The notes: a model not told the origin generated them from the letters alone. 64,000 bases of DNA from Candidatus Sumerlaeales bacterium (GCA_038243585.1 JBBSQY010000002.1:86857-150856); one strand, 5' to 3'; counted from the first letter of the stretch, positions 26,640 through 37,833 are shown. A program made the numbers and translations.

Positions 26640-26690
26640 CTATTTTTACCCCTACCGTTCAGGAAATGCGAGTGACTGGCTCTACCGTTA

Positions 26691-29357
26691 TTAGAAGGCA
26701 GAAGTCATGTTGAAGTGGAGAATCTGGCGCTGATCTTCGTCCTGGCTTATGACAGGAATACCAACGTCCAGGCTGACCGAAGCGACTGGAAGCCTTACCC
26801 GAACGCCAGCACCTACCGATGCGCGTGGCGTTTCAAATTCCAGGGGATCATGGCCCAGCATGCCCATATCGGCAAAGAGAACACCTGCTAAATTTTCCGT
26901 AAAGCGATGGCGCAGCTCAAACTGAGTAATCAACTTGGTGGCGCCGCCAAGAGGTACACTACTATTTCGTCTGTCGTGAGGTCCGGCCCCGCTGACCCTG
27001 AAGCCCCGCAGATCGCCGCTGCCGCCCATAAACAGACGGTCGGCGTAGCCTATATCCTCGACATCCATAGGGATCAAGCCGACGAGCGTGTTGTTCGCCA
27101 GCACCCAGTCGTCAGTGACATTAAAGTAGGTGGCGTACTGTCCCTCCAGCTTCACGAGAAAGCTGTCAGCGACACCGGTTTCCGCGCTAACTGTGGCAAC
27201 ATGGCCCTCTGTGGGAAAGAACAGATCATCGCGGGTATCATGATTAATGCGGTAACGAACTGTAGCCGCCAGATAATCGTCGATGTTGGTTTCCGGTTTT
27301 TTCTTATTGTCGAAATCGTATCCGATGGATTCGACGCGCAGGCGAATGCTATCCTTCATCACATCGGAAACTGGCCGTGTAAATTCGGTCGTAAGTCCGG
27401 TGTTACTTTGCTCAAAGTTTCCAGTGCGGCGAAAGGTCCTGTGAAACGCTGTGAACTGGGCGGATATATCACTGGCCATGAAATAACGATCCAGATAAGA
27501 AATCTCGCCACTGGTAGCGCGGGTGCCCATGAGAAGCGAAACGCGAAGGTCGCGGGCCATTCCCAAAAGATTATGTTCTATATAGTTAGCGTACACAAAG
27601 GCACCTTCTACATCACCAAAACCGGCGCCGAAGATCAAACTCCCGGTATTTCCCTGCTCCACCTGCACAACCATATCACGGACGTTGGTCTCAGCGGTCA
27701 GTTGTTCATGGACCTTTACTGTTTCAAATACATTGAGAGACTGAAGTCGCTCTTTGGTTCGGACCTCGTCAAACCTGCGGTAGACTTGGCCAGGGCGCAT
27801 CTGCACTTCCCGGCGAACTACCTCATCTTTAACGGGAGGGGAGAAGCGGGAGTAATACCGACGAAGCCAGCCCATATCCGCATCTTCGGGGTAGGACTCG
27901 CTTACGACACGAACGTCACCCACATAGACTCGCGGACCTTCAGCAATTTTAACGTCAACATCAACCAGTCCCGTGGAGGGATCCTTATGAAATTCGGATG
28001 ACGCAGTAGAAGTAATAAAGCCTTCGTCGCCATACATATTTTGAACGCTTTTCGAACGCTTTTCAAACTCCGCCTGATCATATACCTGGCCCTGCATGGT
28101 GCGGTACGGTTCGAGAATCTCATCCCGGGTAAAGAGGGTATAGCCAGATGCTTCAAGGCGACCTACTCTATATTGTCGTCCTTCGTTTACAATAATGACA
28201 GGATCTACCCAGCTTCGGTCTTCTGCGTAAACAAAATCTCCGCGACGAACATCTACATCAAGAAAGCCTTTGTTTAAATAAGCGGCGCGAATGACGTTCA
28301 TATCCTGCTCAAAACGAGACTCATTGTAGTAGCGTTTGAACGGTCCCCAGCTTCCTCGGTTTTCGGTTTTCAACTTCAGAAGCAGGTCATTCATGCTGTT
28401 AGCGCCGACGATCTGAAGATTACGGATGCGAGTTTTAGTTCCCTCATCTACCGTAATATTTAGCTCCACGTTCTGGTTGAAATCGGGCCGCTCTTCAATT
28501 GTCACTGCAGCGTCAGGAAACCCACGTTCCTCGTAGAGGCGCAAAATGTTCTCTCGAATCTTATTTTGAGCCTGAACCGTGTAAGTTTCTCCCGCTTTTA
28601 CCGGCAGATCGCTTATGATTTTGGTGGTTGGAACCTTTAGATTGCCATTCACGTTGACCGCGCTAACCTTTGGATTCGGCTGCACAACGTACCTAACTAT
28701 AACGCCGCCGTCTGAAGTGTCCTGCGCTTCCACAAGAATATTGGGTTGAAATATTCCAAGGTCGTAAAGCTTGTTAATGTCCTTGCGCTGCTTATCCGGG
28801 TCGAGTGGTTCCCCTTCCCGGGTAGTCAGCAATCTGCGGGCGCGATCAGCATCTTCGGTTGACGCACCGGTTATCTCTACTCCACGAACGATAGGAGCAT
28901 CTGGAACAGAAACAGGCCGGTTATCCGGCTGGTAGGCTTCAGGTCCGGCCGCTGACCTTGCTTTTTCGGCCGCCTCTCGCTCAATCCGGGCATCGTCCTC
29001 TGGCGTGCGATCACGAGCATCCACGTTGTCGTGGGTCTGAGCGCGGGGTTGAGCATCGGCCGCATCAGTAGGCATAGTGTGGCTGAGGGGACCGCCGCCG
29101 CTGGAAAACGCTGCCTGGCTCCAGGCATCCGACGTCGAGACCATGGCGAAAACGGCTATGCACAGAGAACAAATACCCGTCTTTAAAGGGTGCTGACCCA
29201 GAAGCGCCAACCTTGAAAAGGTCGCGATGGGCTTATCAATGTACTTATACGGCTGGCAGCTAAACAGGGTAAGTCCTCGGGCTTGTAAACTTCTGAACGT
29301 CGTTATCCAGGAAAAGTGGCTTCTGATTATGTTCCCGTCGAGGACGTTGCAAGGCAA
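26691..29357 (-). CDS. bamA: Outer membrane protein assembly factor BamA
   Basis: POTRA repeats, EQGNTGSLIFGAGF, GDLRGF and a terminal Phe; the true start may lie downstream of 29357. Confidence 0.92.
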   Translation of the reverse strand: MPCNVLDGNIIRSHFSWITTFRSLQARGLTLFSCQPYKYIDKPIATFSRLALLGQHPLKTGICSLCIAVFAMVSTSDAWSQAAFSSGGGPLSHTMPTDAADAQPRAQTHDNVDARDRTPEDDARIEREAAEKARSAAGPEAYQPDNRPVSVPDAPIVRGVEITGASTEDADRARRLLTTREGEPLDPDKQRKDINKLYDLGIFQPNILVEAQDTSDGGVIVRYVVQPNPKVSAVNVNGNLKVPTTKIISDLPVKAGETYTVQAQNKIRENILRLYEERGFPDAAVTIEERPDFNQNVELNITVDEGTKTRIRNLQIVGANSMNDLLLKLKTENRGSWGPFKRYYNESRFEQDMNVIRAAYLNKGFLDVDVRRGDFVYAEDRSWVDPVIIVNEGRQYRVGRLEASGYTLFTRDEILEPYRTMQGQVYDQAEFEKRSKSVQNMYGDEGFITSTASSEFHKDPSTGLVDVDVKIAEGPRVYVGDVRVVSESYPEDADMGWLRRYYSRFSPPVKDEVVRREVQMRPGQVYRRFDEVRTKERLQSLNVFETVKVHEQLTAETNVRDMVVQVEQGNTGSLIFGAGFGDVEGAFVYANYIEHNLLGMARDLRVSLLMGTRATSGEISYLDRYFMASDISAQFTAFHRTFRRTGNFEQSNTGLTTEFTRPVSDVMKDSIRLRVESIGYDFDNKKKPETNIDDYLAATVRYRINHDTRDDLFFPTEGHVATVSAETGVADSFLVKLEGQYATYFNVTDDWVLANNTLVGLIPMDVEDIGYADRLFMGGSGDLRGFRVSGAGPHDRRNSSVPLGGATKLITQFELRHRFTENLAGVLFADMGMLGHDPLEFETPRASVGAGVRVRLPVASVSLDVGIPVISQDEDQRQILHFNMTSAF

Positions 29358-29429
29358 AAACGTGGGCTAGTTAATAATTTTAGACGTACGCTTAGCTTAT
29401 AAAATCTCGACTCGGCGAGCAATGTTCTC

Positions 29430-29465
29430 AAAAAAAAAATCCCCAGCCTGTAACGGCCGGGGATT
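29430..29465 (-). terminator. Intrinsic terminator after the ppiD-like gene
   Basis: AATCCCCGGCCG...GGCTGGGGATT followed by a long T run on the minus strand. Confidence 0.8.
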
Positions 29466-29475
29466 AAGATGAAAT

Positions 29476-31500
29476 TTACAGGTAATCTTCGTTGATATCA
29501 ATTCGATTTTCGAGCTTTTTGCGCTGGTCCCGCATATACTCCAGCACGATGATCTCACGCTTGCGTTCTTCCAGGCGTTGGCTAATGCCCCCAAGACCTT
29601 TGGCGAAATCAGTCTTTGAAGGTTCCACAATTTTTGCAAGATGCCAGACGACGAAAGACTGCTGCTGGCCGGGGCGTCCCACTTCAGACATCTGAATGGA
29701 CCCTTCTTTAATTCCAGCGGTAGCGTTGCCAAAATCCTGAACAGGTCCGCCAAATATACTTCCTACTTCAGGTCGCGCGAATGGCCTGCTGCGTGTGTAG
29801 GTGGTGCCTGCATCCGTTAAGGCTTTTTCAAAGGACGCAATATCTGTAGATTTCTTTAGAAGTTCTTCCGCCTTCGCCTTGGCCGCTTCTTCCGCCAACT
29901 GCAGCTTGTAGGCCTGCTCGACGCGTCCGCGTATTGTTTGTAAATCCGGCGTGTGAGCGGGATACTCCTGCTTGATTTGAATGACCAAATGGCGCTGAGC
30001 ATCCGACAGTACGTCGCTGCGGCCACCGGCTGTCAAATCCTGAACTGCGTCCTCAAGATCGCCTAGAAGTCCGATCCCAGGAACGAATTTGCTGTCTGTG
30101 TTCACTTTCTGAGATACGGCAACGGTTGCGGATGTTTCCTGCGCAAGCTGGTCGAGGCTGGTAACGCGTTTGGCGGCGGCTTCCATCGATTCGCCGGCAT
30201 TGGCGAAAACGGGTTCGACTTTCTGTTCGCGTATGCGATTCTCTACCAGCGGACGAACTTGGTCCAAAGCTTGAATCTCGCCGTCTATCACATTCTTCAC
30301 CTGCACAATGGCAAAGCCATTTGCGGTTCTAATAGGCTTTGTAAGGCCTCCCGGCTGCATTGAGAATACTGCGGAAGTCCATTGTTCATTATACCAGGTA
30401 TTAGTCACGTCTTCGCTTAAGAGACCCAGATAGCCGCCCGCTGTAGTTTTTTTGTCCGTGGCGGTAGTCGTCTCGTCGTCAGCTCGTGGCGGAAAGTTCT
30501 CTTCTTCACTGAACGTATCGGCAAGGCTTGCAAAGTTTTCGCCTTTGGCCGCCCGTTCATATAAGTCTGTCGCTTTTGCGCTTACTGCTTCGGTAATAGA
30601 GGTTAGTGCTTCTGCGCTCGTAGTGTTTAATTCTTCCGGGGTCGGAAGCTTGAGGAAAATCTGGCTCGCTTCCACCTTGCGTGGGAGCCGGAAGTCTTCT
30701 TTATTAGCGGCATAAAAACTAGTTACATCGTCTTCAGATACTGTGATGCTACTTTTCAGGTCGTCTTTGCGCAACAGGACGTATTCGTATTCAAGCTGAT
30801 TTGGGACGCGAAACTTTTCGGAGTTTTTCTCGAAGTAAGCGGTCAGGCCCTCATCAGTCACGGTTACGGATGACATGAGATCGTTCGGGCTAAACCGAAT
30901 GTAATCGGCAACAAGGCTTTCATTGGATTTCAAATAGTCCTGCCACGCCTCATAATGGGTAATCCGGACGGTAGCGCCAAGGCTTTCCGCCGCCTTTTGA
31001 AGCACGCGGCCTTTGCGTTCTTCTTCCAGAACAGATTCCACCGAACGCCCCTGCTGGCGCCACTGATCAACGAGCTGCCTGCGCTGGTCGGCGGTGGTCA
31101 TCTGCTGAAAAAAGCCCTGAACTTCTTCCATGCTGACTGTGAGGTTATTAACTTCCGCGTAATGTCTTAAAATATCCAGATTAACGGCCTGATCCATGAT
31201 CGTACGGTTATCCGCAAGCTGGCTGGTTGCGAGAGAATCAAGAACTGTTCCCTGTTCCTGCGAATAGCGGTTTAAACGGTTTTCCAGGTAGTTTTTGGCG
31301 AAGCGCAGCTCACTGCTCCCAATGGCCCCAGCAGCTCCCTCCGGGTAATCGATTTCGGCTACAGGACCAGTGTTACGAACGGTCTGACTACCACTCGACC
31401 CAAACCCGTAAAATGCAACCATCGCTGGAATGATTAATACCAGCAAGCCAATCCAAAGGATGCGCTTCATTTTTTCCGCAGAACGTAGCTGTCTCAGCAT
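29476..31500 (-). CDS. PpiD/SurA-like parvulin peptidyl-prolyl isomerase
   Basis: N-terminal TM helix, SurA-N region and rotamase GENFASLADTFSEE...GGYLG...KPIRTANGF. Confidence 0.88.
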   Translation of the reverse strand: MLRQLRSAEKMKRILWIGLLVLIIPAMVAFYGFGSSGSQTVRNTGPVAEIDYPEGAAGAIGSSELRFAKNYLENRLNRYSQEQGTVLDSLATSQLADNRTIMDQAVNLDILRHYAEVNNLTVSMEEVQGFFQQMTTADQRRQLVDQWRQQGRSVESVLEEERKGRVLQKAAESLGATVRITHYEAWQDYLKSNESLVADYIRFSPNDLMSSVTVTDEGLTAYFEKNSEKFRVPNQLEYEYVLLRKDDLKSSITVSEDDVTSFYAANKEDFRLPRKVEASQIFLKLPTPEELNTTSAEALTSITEAVSAKATDLYERAAKGENFASLADTFSEEENFPPRADDETTTATDKKTTAGGYLGLLSEDVTNTWYNEQWTSAVFSMQPGGLTKPIRTANGFAIVQVKNVIDGEIQALDQVRPLVENRIREQKVEPVFANAGESMEAAAKRVTSLDQLAQETSATVAVSQKVNTDSKFVPGIGLLGDLEDAVQDLTAGGRSDVLSDAQRHLVIQIKQEYPAHTPDLQTIRGRVEQAYKLQLAEEAAKAKAEELLKKSTDIASFEKALTDAGTTYTRSRPFARPEVGSIFGGPVQDFGNATAGIKEGSIQMSEVGRPGQQQSFVVWHLAKIVEPSKTDFAKGLGGISQRLEERKREIIVLEYMRDQRKKLENRIDINEDYL

Positions 31501-31701
31501 ATCGGTTTAGATATCTCCATTAGCAGGGTGTAATTATTTGTTAAGACTTTAATAAGTTCTTAGTGTTCGAGCAGACGCAACCCGGCACGTTTTTACATTT
31601 ATAAGCCGAAGGATAGTCGGAGGCCCTTCAAATTCATGTCAACATAGAAAGTGTATTACTTCACATTGAGCCGTACTCGCCGACACCGGGGGGAATGACT
31701 A

Positions 31702-32787
31702 TTAAATAATTCCACCGCGATCGCCGGTTGATGCAATGCCTGCGATAAACCGCTTATACGCATAGAAATCCTCGCAGTGAAGCGCACCTTCATCAAAGGT
31801 AATCTTATTTGCGCGCACCAGATCGGCCAACGCCTGATCAAAAGTTTGCATACCGTCATCGCGTCCCTTGATAACACCAAAAATATCCGGAACGCGATCT
31901 TCCGAAATGAGTTTGGCAATGGTCGCATTTACCACCATGATTTCCTGCACCGCCACACGTCCCGAGCCTGACGCCCGCTTAACGAGGCGCTGAGTAATGG
32001 ATGCGCGAAGGTTTAGGGAAAGCTGTTCGCTGAGAAGAGCATGTTCGCTCCTGTCAAAGTAGCCGAATATGCGCTGAACTGTATGTACGGCGCTGGTGGT
32101 ATGAAGCGTCGACAGTACAAGATGGCCGGTTTCCGAAGCTTTGATGGCCACACGTATTGTTTCAGCATCGCGCATTTCGCCGACCAGGATAATATCAGGA
32201 TCCATACGCATCGCCTGACGCAAGGCAGAGTTAAAATCCGGAACGTCTTTGCCCACTTCACGCTGGCTGATGATGGCTTTTTTGTTCGTATAAACATATT
32301 CCACTGGGTCTTCAATGGTGATAATGCGTACGGATTCTGTTGTGTTGATGTAATCGATCATCGCCGCCAGAGTAGTGGATTTACCTGAACCGGTCATGCC
32401 AGTCAGAAGAATCATACCGCGGCTGTTTCCAGCGATCGTGCGCACGACTTCCGGCAGTTCCAAATCTTCAATGGTGGGGATTTCCAATGGAATGAGGCGC
32501 ATGACGAGACCTCGGTTTCCCATCTCGTAGAAAGCGACAACGCGCACGCGGATATCCTTACCGACCTGGTAACCAAAATCGGCGCCTCGCTGACTTTCGT
32601 ATTCCCTATGCAGATGCGTAGGCATCATCTTCTTCAGCATCACCGTGATATCTTCCGGTGAAACAGCGGGCAGATCAACTTTTTTCATGTCGCCGGCGAT
32701 TCGGAAATATGGCGACTGACCCTCGATCAGATGGACGTCAGACGCTTTTACCTTCTTTGCGCCCAAGAGCATGGAATCAATATTCAT
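31702..32787 (-). CDS. PilT/PilU family type IV pilus retraction ATPase
   Basis: GMTGSGKSTTLAAMID, ITIEDPVE, DPDIILVGEMRD, TGHLVLSTLHT and GMQTFDQAL motifs. Confidence 0.95.
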   Translation of the reverse strand: MNIDSMLLGAKKVKASDVHLIEGQSPYFRIAGDMKKVDLPAVSPEDITVMLKKMMPTHLHREYESQRGADFGYQVGKDIRVRVVAFYEMGNRGLVMRLIPLEIPTIEDLELPEVVRTIAGNSRGMILLTGMTGSGKSTTLAAMIDYINTTESVRIITIEDPVEYVYTNKKAIISQREVGKDVPDFNSALRQAMRMDPDIILVGEMRDAETIRVAIKASETGHLVLSTLHTTSAVHTVQRIFGYFDRSEHALLSEQLSLNLRASITQRLVKRASGSGRVAVQEIMVVNATIAKLISEDRVPDIFGVIKGRDDGMQTFDQALADLVRANKITFDEGALHCEDFYAYKRFIAGIASTGDRGGII

Positions 32788-33018
32788 TCAAAAACCTTCG
32801 TTTAGATCGGCTCGGAGCCGCGGAATGGCGGTGACAAAGAAGAAAGATGGTAATCCGTCGATCTTCGGCTGAAATGGTTACACTCGTGCAGGCTTCGGAA
32901 TTTACAGAAGTAATAACTGGTTCCCAGCCGTTTGTTGATTTTACAGGAAAACTGTTGATTTCCGTCAGAAGAATTTTGATTAGTCTATTAGTCACATTGC
33001 TATTGAGGAAAACTATCG

Positions 33019-34248
33019 ATGCCTTATTTTACATATGTTGCGCGTAATCCTAACGGAAAGCTTGTTACTGGGCGTACAGAAGCTCCCACACAGGCGATGG
33101 TAGTCAAGATACTGAAAGATCAGGGTCTTACGCCTACGTCCATTGACACGGGTACGGCAGCAGCGGCACGGGGACGCTCGAAAGTTAGAAAACAGAAACT
33201 GAAGCGTGGTAAAGCCAAGATAGAAGATCTTGTTCTTATCTCGCGTCAGCTTGCTACTATGATTCGCGCCGGTTTGCCTCTAATTGAAGTGTTGAACATC
33301 CTGGGCGAGCAGGTGGAAAGACTTTCTCTGAAAAACGTTTTGCGTCAGGTGGAAAAGGACGTTCAGGGCGGCAGTTCTTTTTACGAAGCGCTAGCGCGCC
33401 ACCCCCGCGTATTTAATCAGTTCTTTCTCAGCATGGTCAAAGCGGGCGAGGCCAGCGGTATGCTGGATACAATCCTGGATCAGGTGGCAACCTATCTGGA
33501 AAAATCTGCAAGTATCCGCCGTAAGGTGAAAGCGGCGACCATGTATCCAGCCGTTGTGACTATTGTGGCGGGACTTATCATGATTCTGATCATGTGGAAG
33601 ATCGTGCCAGTCTTTGAAGACATCTTCAAAGATCTCGGAGAAGAGTTGCCTCTCCTCACCAAAATGGTAGTCGCTATAAGCCGTTTTATACGTGAGCGGT
33701 GGTATATCGCACTGGCGGGAACTGTCGGGTTGTACACCTTGATAGTTCAATGGGGACGAACCAAAACGGGTCGCAGGCATATCGACACTTGGAAAATTCG
33801 CATGCCGGTTTTCGGACCGCTGCTTTTAAAGGTAGCCATTGCGAAGTTTACCCGGTCGCTTGGGACACTGATGCGCGCCGGCGTCAACATCCGTGGCGCG
33901 CTTGAAATTGTTGCCAAAACGGCAGGCAATGTTATTATTGAAGAAGCCATCATGAGCACGAAGCTAAGCATTCAGGGCGGCGAGAGCATAACGAAACCGC
34001 TCGTGGAAAGCGGCGTGTTTCCCCCCATGGTGACCCGAATGATAGAAGTCGGCGAAAAAACCGGCGCTTTGGAAAATATGCTGCATAAAGTAGCCGAATA
34101 CTACGAAGATCAGGTAGACACCGCCGTGGCTGGTTTGACTTCGTTAATTGAACCGCTTCTCATTGTCGGACTGGGCATTGCCATCGGCACAATTGTAATA
34201 GCCATGTTTCTGCCGCTTATCAAGATGATCGAATCCGTGTCCGGCTAA
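33019..34248 (+). CDS. pilC: Type IV pilus/T2SS platform protein PilC/GspF
   Basis: RQLATMIRAGLPL, AGEASGMLD, VGEKTGAL and LIEPLLIV motifs. Confidence 0.93.
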   Translation: MPYFTYVARNPNGKLVTGRTEAPTQAMVVKILKDQGLTPTSIDTGTAAAARGRSKVRKQKLKRGKAKIEDLVLISRQLATMIRAGLPLIEVLNILGEQVERLSLKNVLRQVEKDVQGGSSFYEALARHPRVFNQFFLSMVKAGEASGMLDTILDQVATYLEKSASIRRKVKAATMYPAVVTIVAGLIMILIMWKIVPVFEDIFKDLGEELPLLTKMVVAISRFIRERWYIALAGTVGLYTLIVQWGRTKTGRRHIDTWKIRMPVFGPLLLKVAIAKFTRSLGTLMRAGVNIRGALEIVAKTAGNVIIEEAIMSTKLSIQGGESITKPLVESGVFPPMVTRMIEVGEKTGALENMLHKVAEYYEDQVDTAVAGLTSLIEPLLIVGLGIAIGTIVIAMFLPLIKMIESVSG

Positions 34249-34347
34249 AAACTACTTGAAGGCAGAAAATTGCCTCTCGCAGGTATAAGTTTTTCCGCTG
34301 ATCGCACCACCAGCAATTAATTAATCAGGCATACAGGTTCATTACTC

Positions 34348-35409
34348 ATGATAGATCCGGTAGTTGAAAGACAGTACTCAGATACAAAAGAGCTAATGTC
34401 GCATTGGAACACATTTCACCAATTTTTTAATCTTGGTGTTAAAGGCGAAAACATTACGCCGGAGAAAGAAAACCAATTTCTGGATCTAAAAAGCCGGATA
34501 GCGATGCTCCACGATAGTTTTATGGATGCGCTGACCAGCAACCAGAATGTGGGTCAGGATGTGCTTAGCGTTATCACCCGAGCCATTACCCTGAAAGGGG
34601 TTAACCGGTTAAGCACGGCTGACACGAAAAAGCTGGAAACTGAGTGGCATGATGTGTACCTGCTTCTTAATGACACTATCGCTGTTCTTGAGCAGAAACG
34701 CCAAGACCTGGATGCCATTAACGAAAGCCAGTTCCGGGCAAAACGGGCGGCAGGATTAGCAAACCAAAAGGTTAGAAAATTCTTAGGCAGCTTCTATTTC
34801 AAGTTGTCCGCAATTATCGTAGCCCTGCTTTTCGTCACTATCGGCATTCAAACCCTTGGGTTTTATGACTACGATAATATCGGACAGATGTCTGGTCTTA
34901 CGACACCATACAATTGGGGCAAGGCTGCTGTGCGAATTGTAAAGCCCGACAGCCCATGGCCCTCAATTCAGTCAATGTATCGTAAACCTCATAGCGGATG
35001 GCCCGCTGGACTTTCCGAACCGGAAGTAGATACCGATCTGGATAAAGATGGCGCCGCCCGAAAGTTGGCTCAACTTACAGCTCCCGCCGGTATTGGTCAG
35101 CAGTTCGGCACCATCCTCCAAAGCGCTTTGGAATTTAAGTATGAAGAGTCCACAAAGCAACATGGCGACGGGGTAGAAATCTATACGTTCCGCTTCGCGA
35201 ACGCCGATCAATCAAGAGAATTGGATAAGCTGTGGAAGGACACACGGAAAGGCTATGCCAACCGTCCGCAGAATAACCGGACACCAACTCCGCCCGTCAT
35301 TGACAGACTTGAGATGGCGCCAAGCGTAAACATTGTGACCATCGTATACTCTCAGAATCCTGAGACTGCGGTGAAAATGATGGAAGATGTCTTTGGAAGG
35401 CCGCACTGA
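34348..35409 (+). CDS. Hypothetical single-pass membrane protein
   Basis: 353-aa ORF with a central TM segment, co-oriented with its neighbours. Confidence 0.75.
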   Translation: MIDPVVERQYSDTKELMSHWNTFHQFFNLGVKGENITPEKENQFLDLKSRIAMLHDSFMDALTSNQNVGQDVLSVITRAITLKGVNRLSTADTKKLETEWHDVYLLLNDTIAVLEQKRQDLDAINESQFRAKRAAGLANQKVRKFLGSFYFKLSAIIVALLFVTIGIQTLGFYDYDNIGQMSGLTTPYNWGKAAVRIVKPDSPWPSIQSMYRKPHSGWPAGLSEPEVDTDLDKDGAARKLAQLTAPAGIGQQFGTILQSALEFKYEESTKQHGDGVEIYTFRFANADQSRELDKLWKDTRKGYANRPQNNRTPTPPVIDRLEMAPSVNIVTIVYSQNPETAVKMMEDVFGRPH

Positions 35410-35429
35410 TCCGGCGAAGGTAAGCTATC

Positions 35430-36167
35430 ATGACAAGCCGGTACTACTGCGGTAGCACGCCTATGACTCCGGGGGCGCGGGTCGAACTTTCTGATGAGGA
35501 ATCGCGCCACCTTTTAAAGGTGATGCGTGCCCAAACTGGAGATTCCATCGTTGTCTTCGGCGACGAAGGTCAATTTTCTGCGACAGTAGTCGGCCCGGGT
35601 ACTGCGAGGTCCGCTGTCGTCATAATCGGAGATCCGGTGCCGGGCGCAAGGCCGCCCGCTGTTCAAATGACCTTCCTGATTCCTTGGATCAAGGGCGGTA
35701 AGACGGATCTGGTCGTGCAAAAACTGACAGAAATCGGCGCATGCGGAATGATCGTATTCCAGTCTGAGCGCGAAGTCGCTCGCGGCGATGATTCAAAACT
35801 TGACCGGCTCAGGCGTGTAGCATTGGAAGCGTGCAAGCAGTGTGAGCGAGTAGATATGCCGAAAATCGAGAGCGCTGGGTCATTGCGTCTGGGAGTTGAT
35901 ATGGCTCCAGACATCCCGCGCAAAAATCGATTTCTGCTTCACGAAAGAAATACCGTCACTTTACTTTCAACGGTTGCGGCGCCGGCCCTCGGCCATTCAT
36001 CCAGGATACTGTTTGCCAGTGGGCCTGAAGGCGGCTGGCATGATCGTGAACTGGAATCCGTAGAGGAATTGATGTTGGCTGTCTCTTTGGGACCGCGGAT
36101 TTTACGTGCGGAAACCGCTCCCATAGTCGCGGCATCAGCTATGCTGACCTTGGCCGGAGAAATTTAA
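35430..36167 (+). CDS. rsmE: 16S rRNA m3U1498 methyltransferase
   Basis: HLLKVMR, EACKQCER, GPEGGW and SLGPRILRAETA motifs. Confidence 0.96.
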   Translation: MTSRYYCGSTPMTPGARVELSDEESRHLLKVMRAQTGDSIVVFGDEGQFSATVVGPGTARSAVVIIGDPVPGARPPAVQMTFLIPWIKGGKTDLVVQKLTEIGACGMIVFQSEREVARGDDSKLDRLRRVALEACKQCERVDMPKIESAGSLRLGVDMAPDIPRKNRFLLHERNTVTLLSTVAAPALGHSSRILFASGPEGGWHDRELESVEELMLAVSLGPRILRAETAPIVAASAMLTLAGEI

Positions 36168-36170
36168 CCG

Positions 36171-37463
36171 ATGTGGAAAGGGCGGGGCAATATAGTGGTT
36201 TACGCTCTGCTCGCCATTCTCGCGGTCATATCACTATTGATATTGTTTCGGTTGCGCGAGCGGTTTGAGAATAGCCTCAGCGACAGGATCGATGATTTAC
36301 AGCGGGTTTTTTCCAGCCGCACACTTCTTAAAATGCCGTCGGATCATAAAATTGTCTTTGCTGATATTGAAGCCGAGGCGGCTAAATATGAGAATCGCGG
36401 CGAATTTGGAAGCCTTTGGATTTCGAAAAACTTCGGACAGTCACAGCGGATAATTTATCCGTTTTATTACCCGCCGGTTCATAGCGCTGATATTGAGGTA
36501 GCGCAGAAGGATAACAGTGTCGAAATAGTGGAGCAGGGTTACCTCGAGCGGCTATTATTAAAAGAGTCTCTCGCCGAAAGGCCCCTCATTTCAGACGACG
36601 GCGAGCGCCTGGGGACGTTGTTCGTCCAGGTTAATGAGGCACCGCTTCGTACAGTCAGCATGGTTATATGGGCTTTGGGAGCAATGCTGGCAACCTCCCT
36701 TGCGTTTCTGGCGAGTCAGTTCCGACGGCAGGAAAAGGTTATTTCGGCCACCACCATTGAACTGGAAGAGAAACGCCGCGAACTGGTGCGCCTGGAACGG
36801 CTGGCAATGGCCGGGCAGTTGTCCGCTAACATATTGCATGATCTAAAGAAACCGGTGCTGAACATCCGTAACGAAGCCGATGAAGCGCTCCACCCCATGG
36901 AAACAAATGTAGAGCCTCCGGCACCTTCTGGAATTTTTTCACGCATAAGGGAGCAGGCTGATTTCTTTCTGGCAATTTTGAAAGACGCCGGTTTCGATCG
37001 TTTTGTCCGCGCTCAGGAAGAGCGCGAATATGTGGATATAAATGAGTTGCTTGATCGCAGCCTGGCACTGGTTCGTTACGAACAGGCGAATATCACGGTA
37101 AACCGCAGCTACGAGCCGGAACTACCACCGGTTCTGGCTGCACCGGTTCGTATTATACAGGTATTCTCGAATGTTATCCTGAATGCATACCAGGCCATGG
37201 GCGGCCGTGGCGATCTTTGTGTAGAAACAAAACAGACAGGGGACTCCATATTAGTCGATATTGTCGACAACGGGCCCGGAATGTCAGAGAAGTTAATAAC
37301 AAATATATTCGACCCCTTTTATACAACTAAGCCGCCAGGGCAGGGAACAGGACTTGGCCTTTACATTGTGGCGGATATCCTGCGGGACCTCGGCGGGACA
37401 ATAAGCGTGACCAGTAAACCCGGCCACACTACCTTTCATATCAAGTTTCGCACAGAAACTTAA
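36171..37463 (+). CDS. Sensor histidine kinase
   Basis: H-box ILHDLKKP, N-box NAYQAM, DNGPG and FDPFYTTKPPGQGTGLGL. Confidence 0.95.
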   Translation: MWKGRGNIVVYALLAILAVISLLILFRLRERFENSLSDRIDDLQRVFSSRTLLKMPSDHKIVFADIEAEAAKYENRGEFGSLWISKNFGQSQRIIYPFYYPPVHSADIEVAQKDNSVEIVEQGYLERLLLKESLAERPLISDDGERLGTLFVQVNEAPLRTVSMVIWALGAMLATSLAFLASQFRRQEKVISATTIELEEKRRELVRLERLAMAGQLSANILHDLKKPVLNIRNEADEALHPMETNVEPPAPSGIFSRIREQADFFLAILKDAGFDRFVRAQEEREYVDINELLDRSLALVRYEQANITVNRSYEPELPPVLAAPVRIIQVFSNVILNAYQAMGGRGDLCVETKQTGDSILVDIVDNGPGMSEKLITNIFDPFYTTKPPGQGTGLGLYIVADILRDLGGTISVTSKPGHTTFHIKFRTET

Positions 37464-37575
37464 TCGTCGTTACTGGTGCTGTGTATAAAAAGAACTAGAG
37501 TGTTGTTCCGGGTTGACAGAGACAGAACACGACTTTTATGTCATAGATATATTTGCTGTTAGAGGACGCTTTGGA

Positions 37576-37833
37576 ATGAAGTTGGTAGCTGCTGGTGCCC
37601 TTGCACTAATGATGGTTTTTCAGTTCACTGGATGCACACGCCCCACCCCGGTCGCGAGTGTTTCGACCCTTGCTCCACAAAGCCGACCAACCGCCAGTGG
37701 AATCAAACCCGCCGCCCAGGTAAACCAATGTTGCCGTGCATTTGCCGAGGGGCGCATCAGCCTTGATAGATGCATGGAAAATCCTGCATGTGTTGCCAAT
37801 GGTCGGCAATGTTGTATGCAGGCTATTCAATAA
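37576..37833 (+). CDS. Small Cys-rich lipoprotein
   Basis: ATG at 37576 with an AGAGG RBS, lipobox FTGC and six C-terminal Cys. Confidence 0.65.
   Translation: MKLVAAGALALMMVFQFTGCTRPTPVASVSTLAPQSRPTASGIKPAAQVNQCCRAFAEGRISLDRCMENPACVANGRQCCMQAIQ

Noticed and set aside
26907..28001. 364-aa plus-strand ORF
   Set aside because: It is antisense to bamA and has no recognisable motifs.
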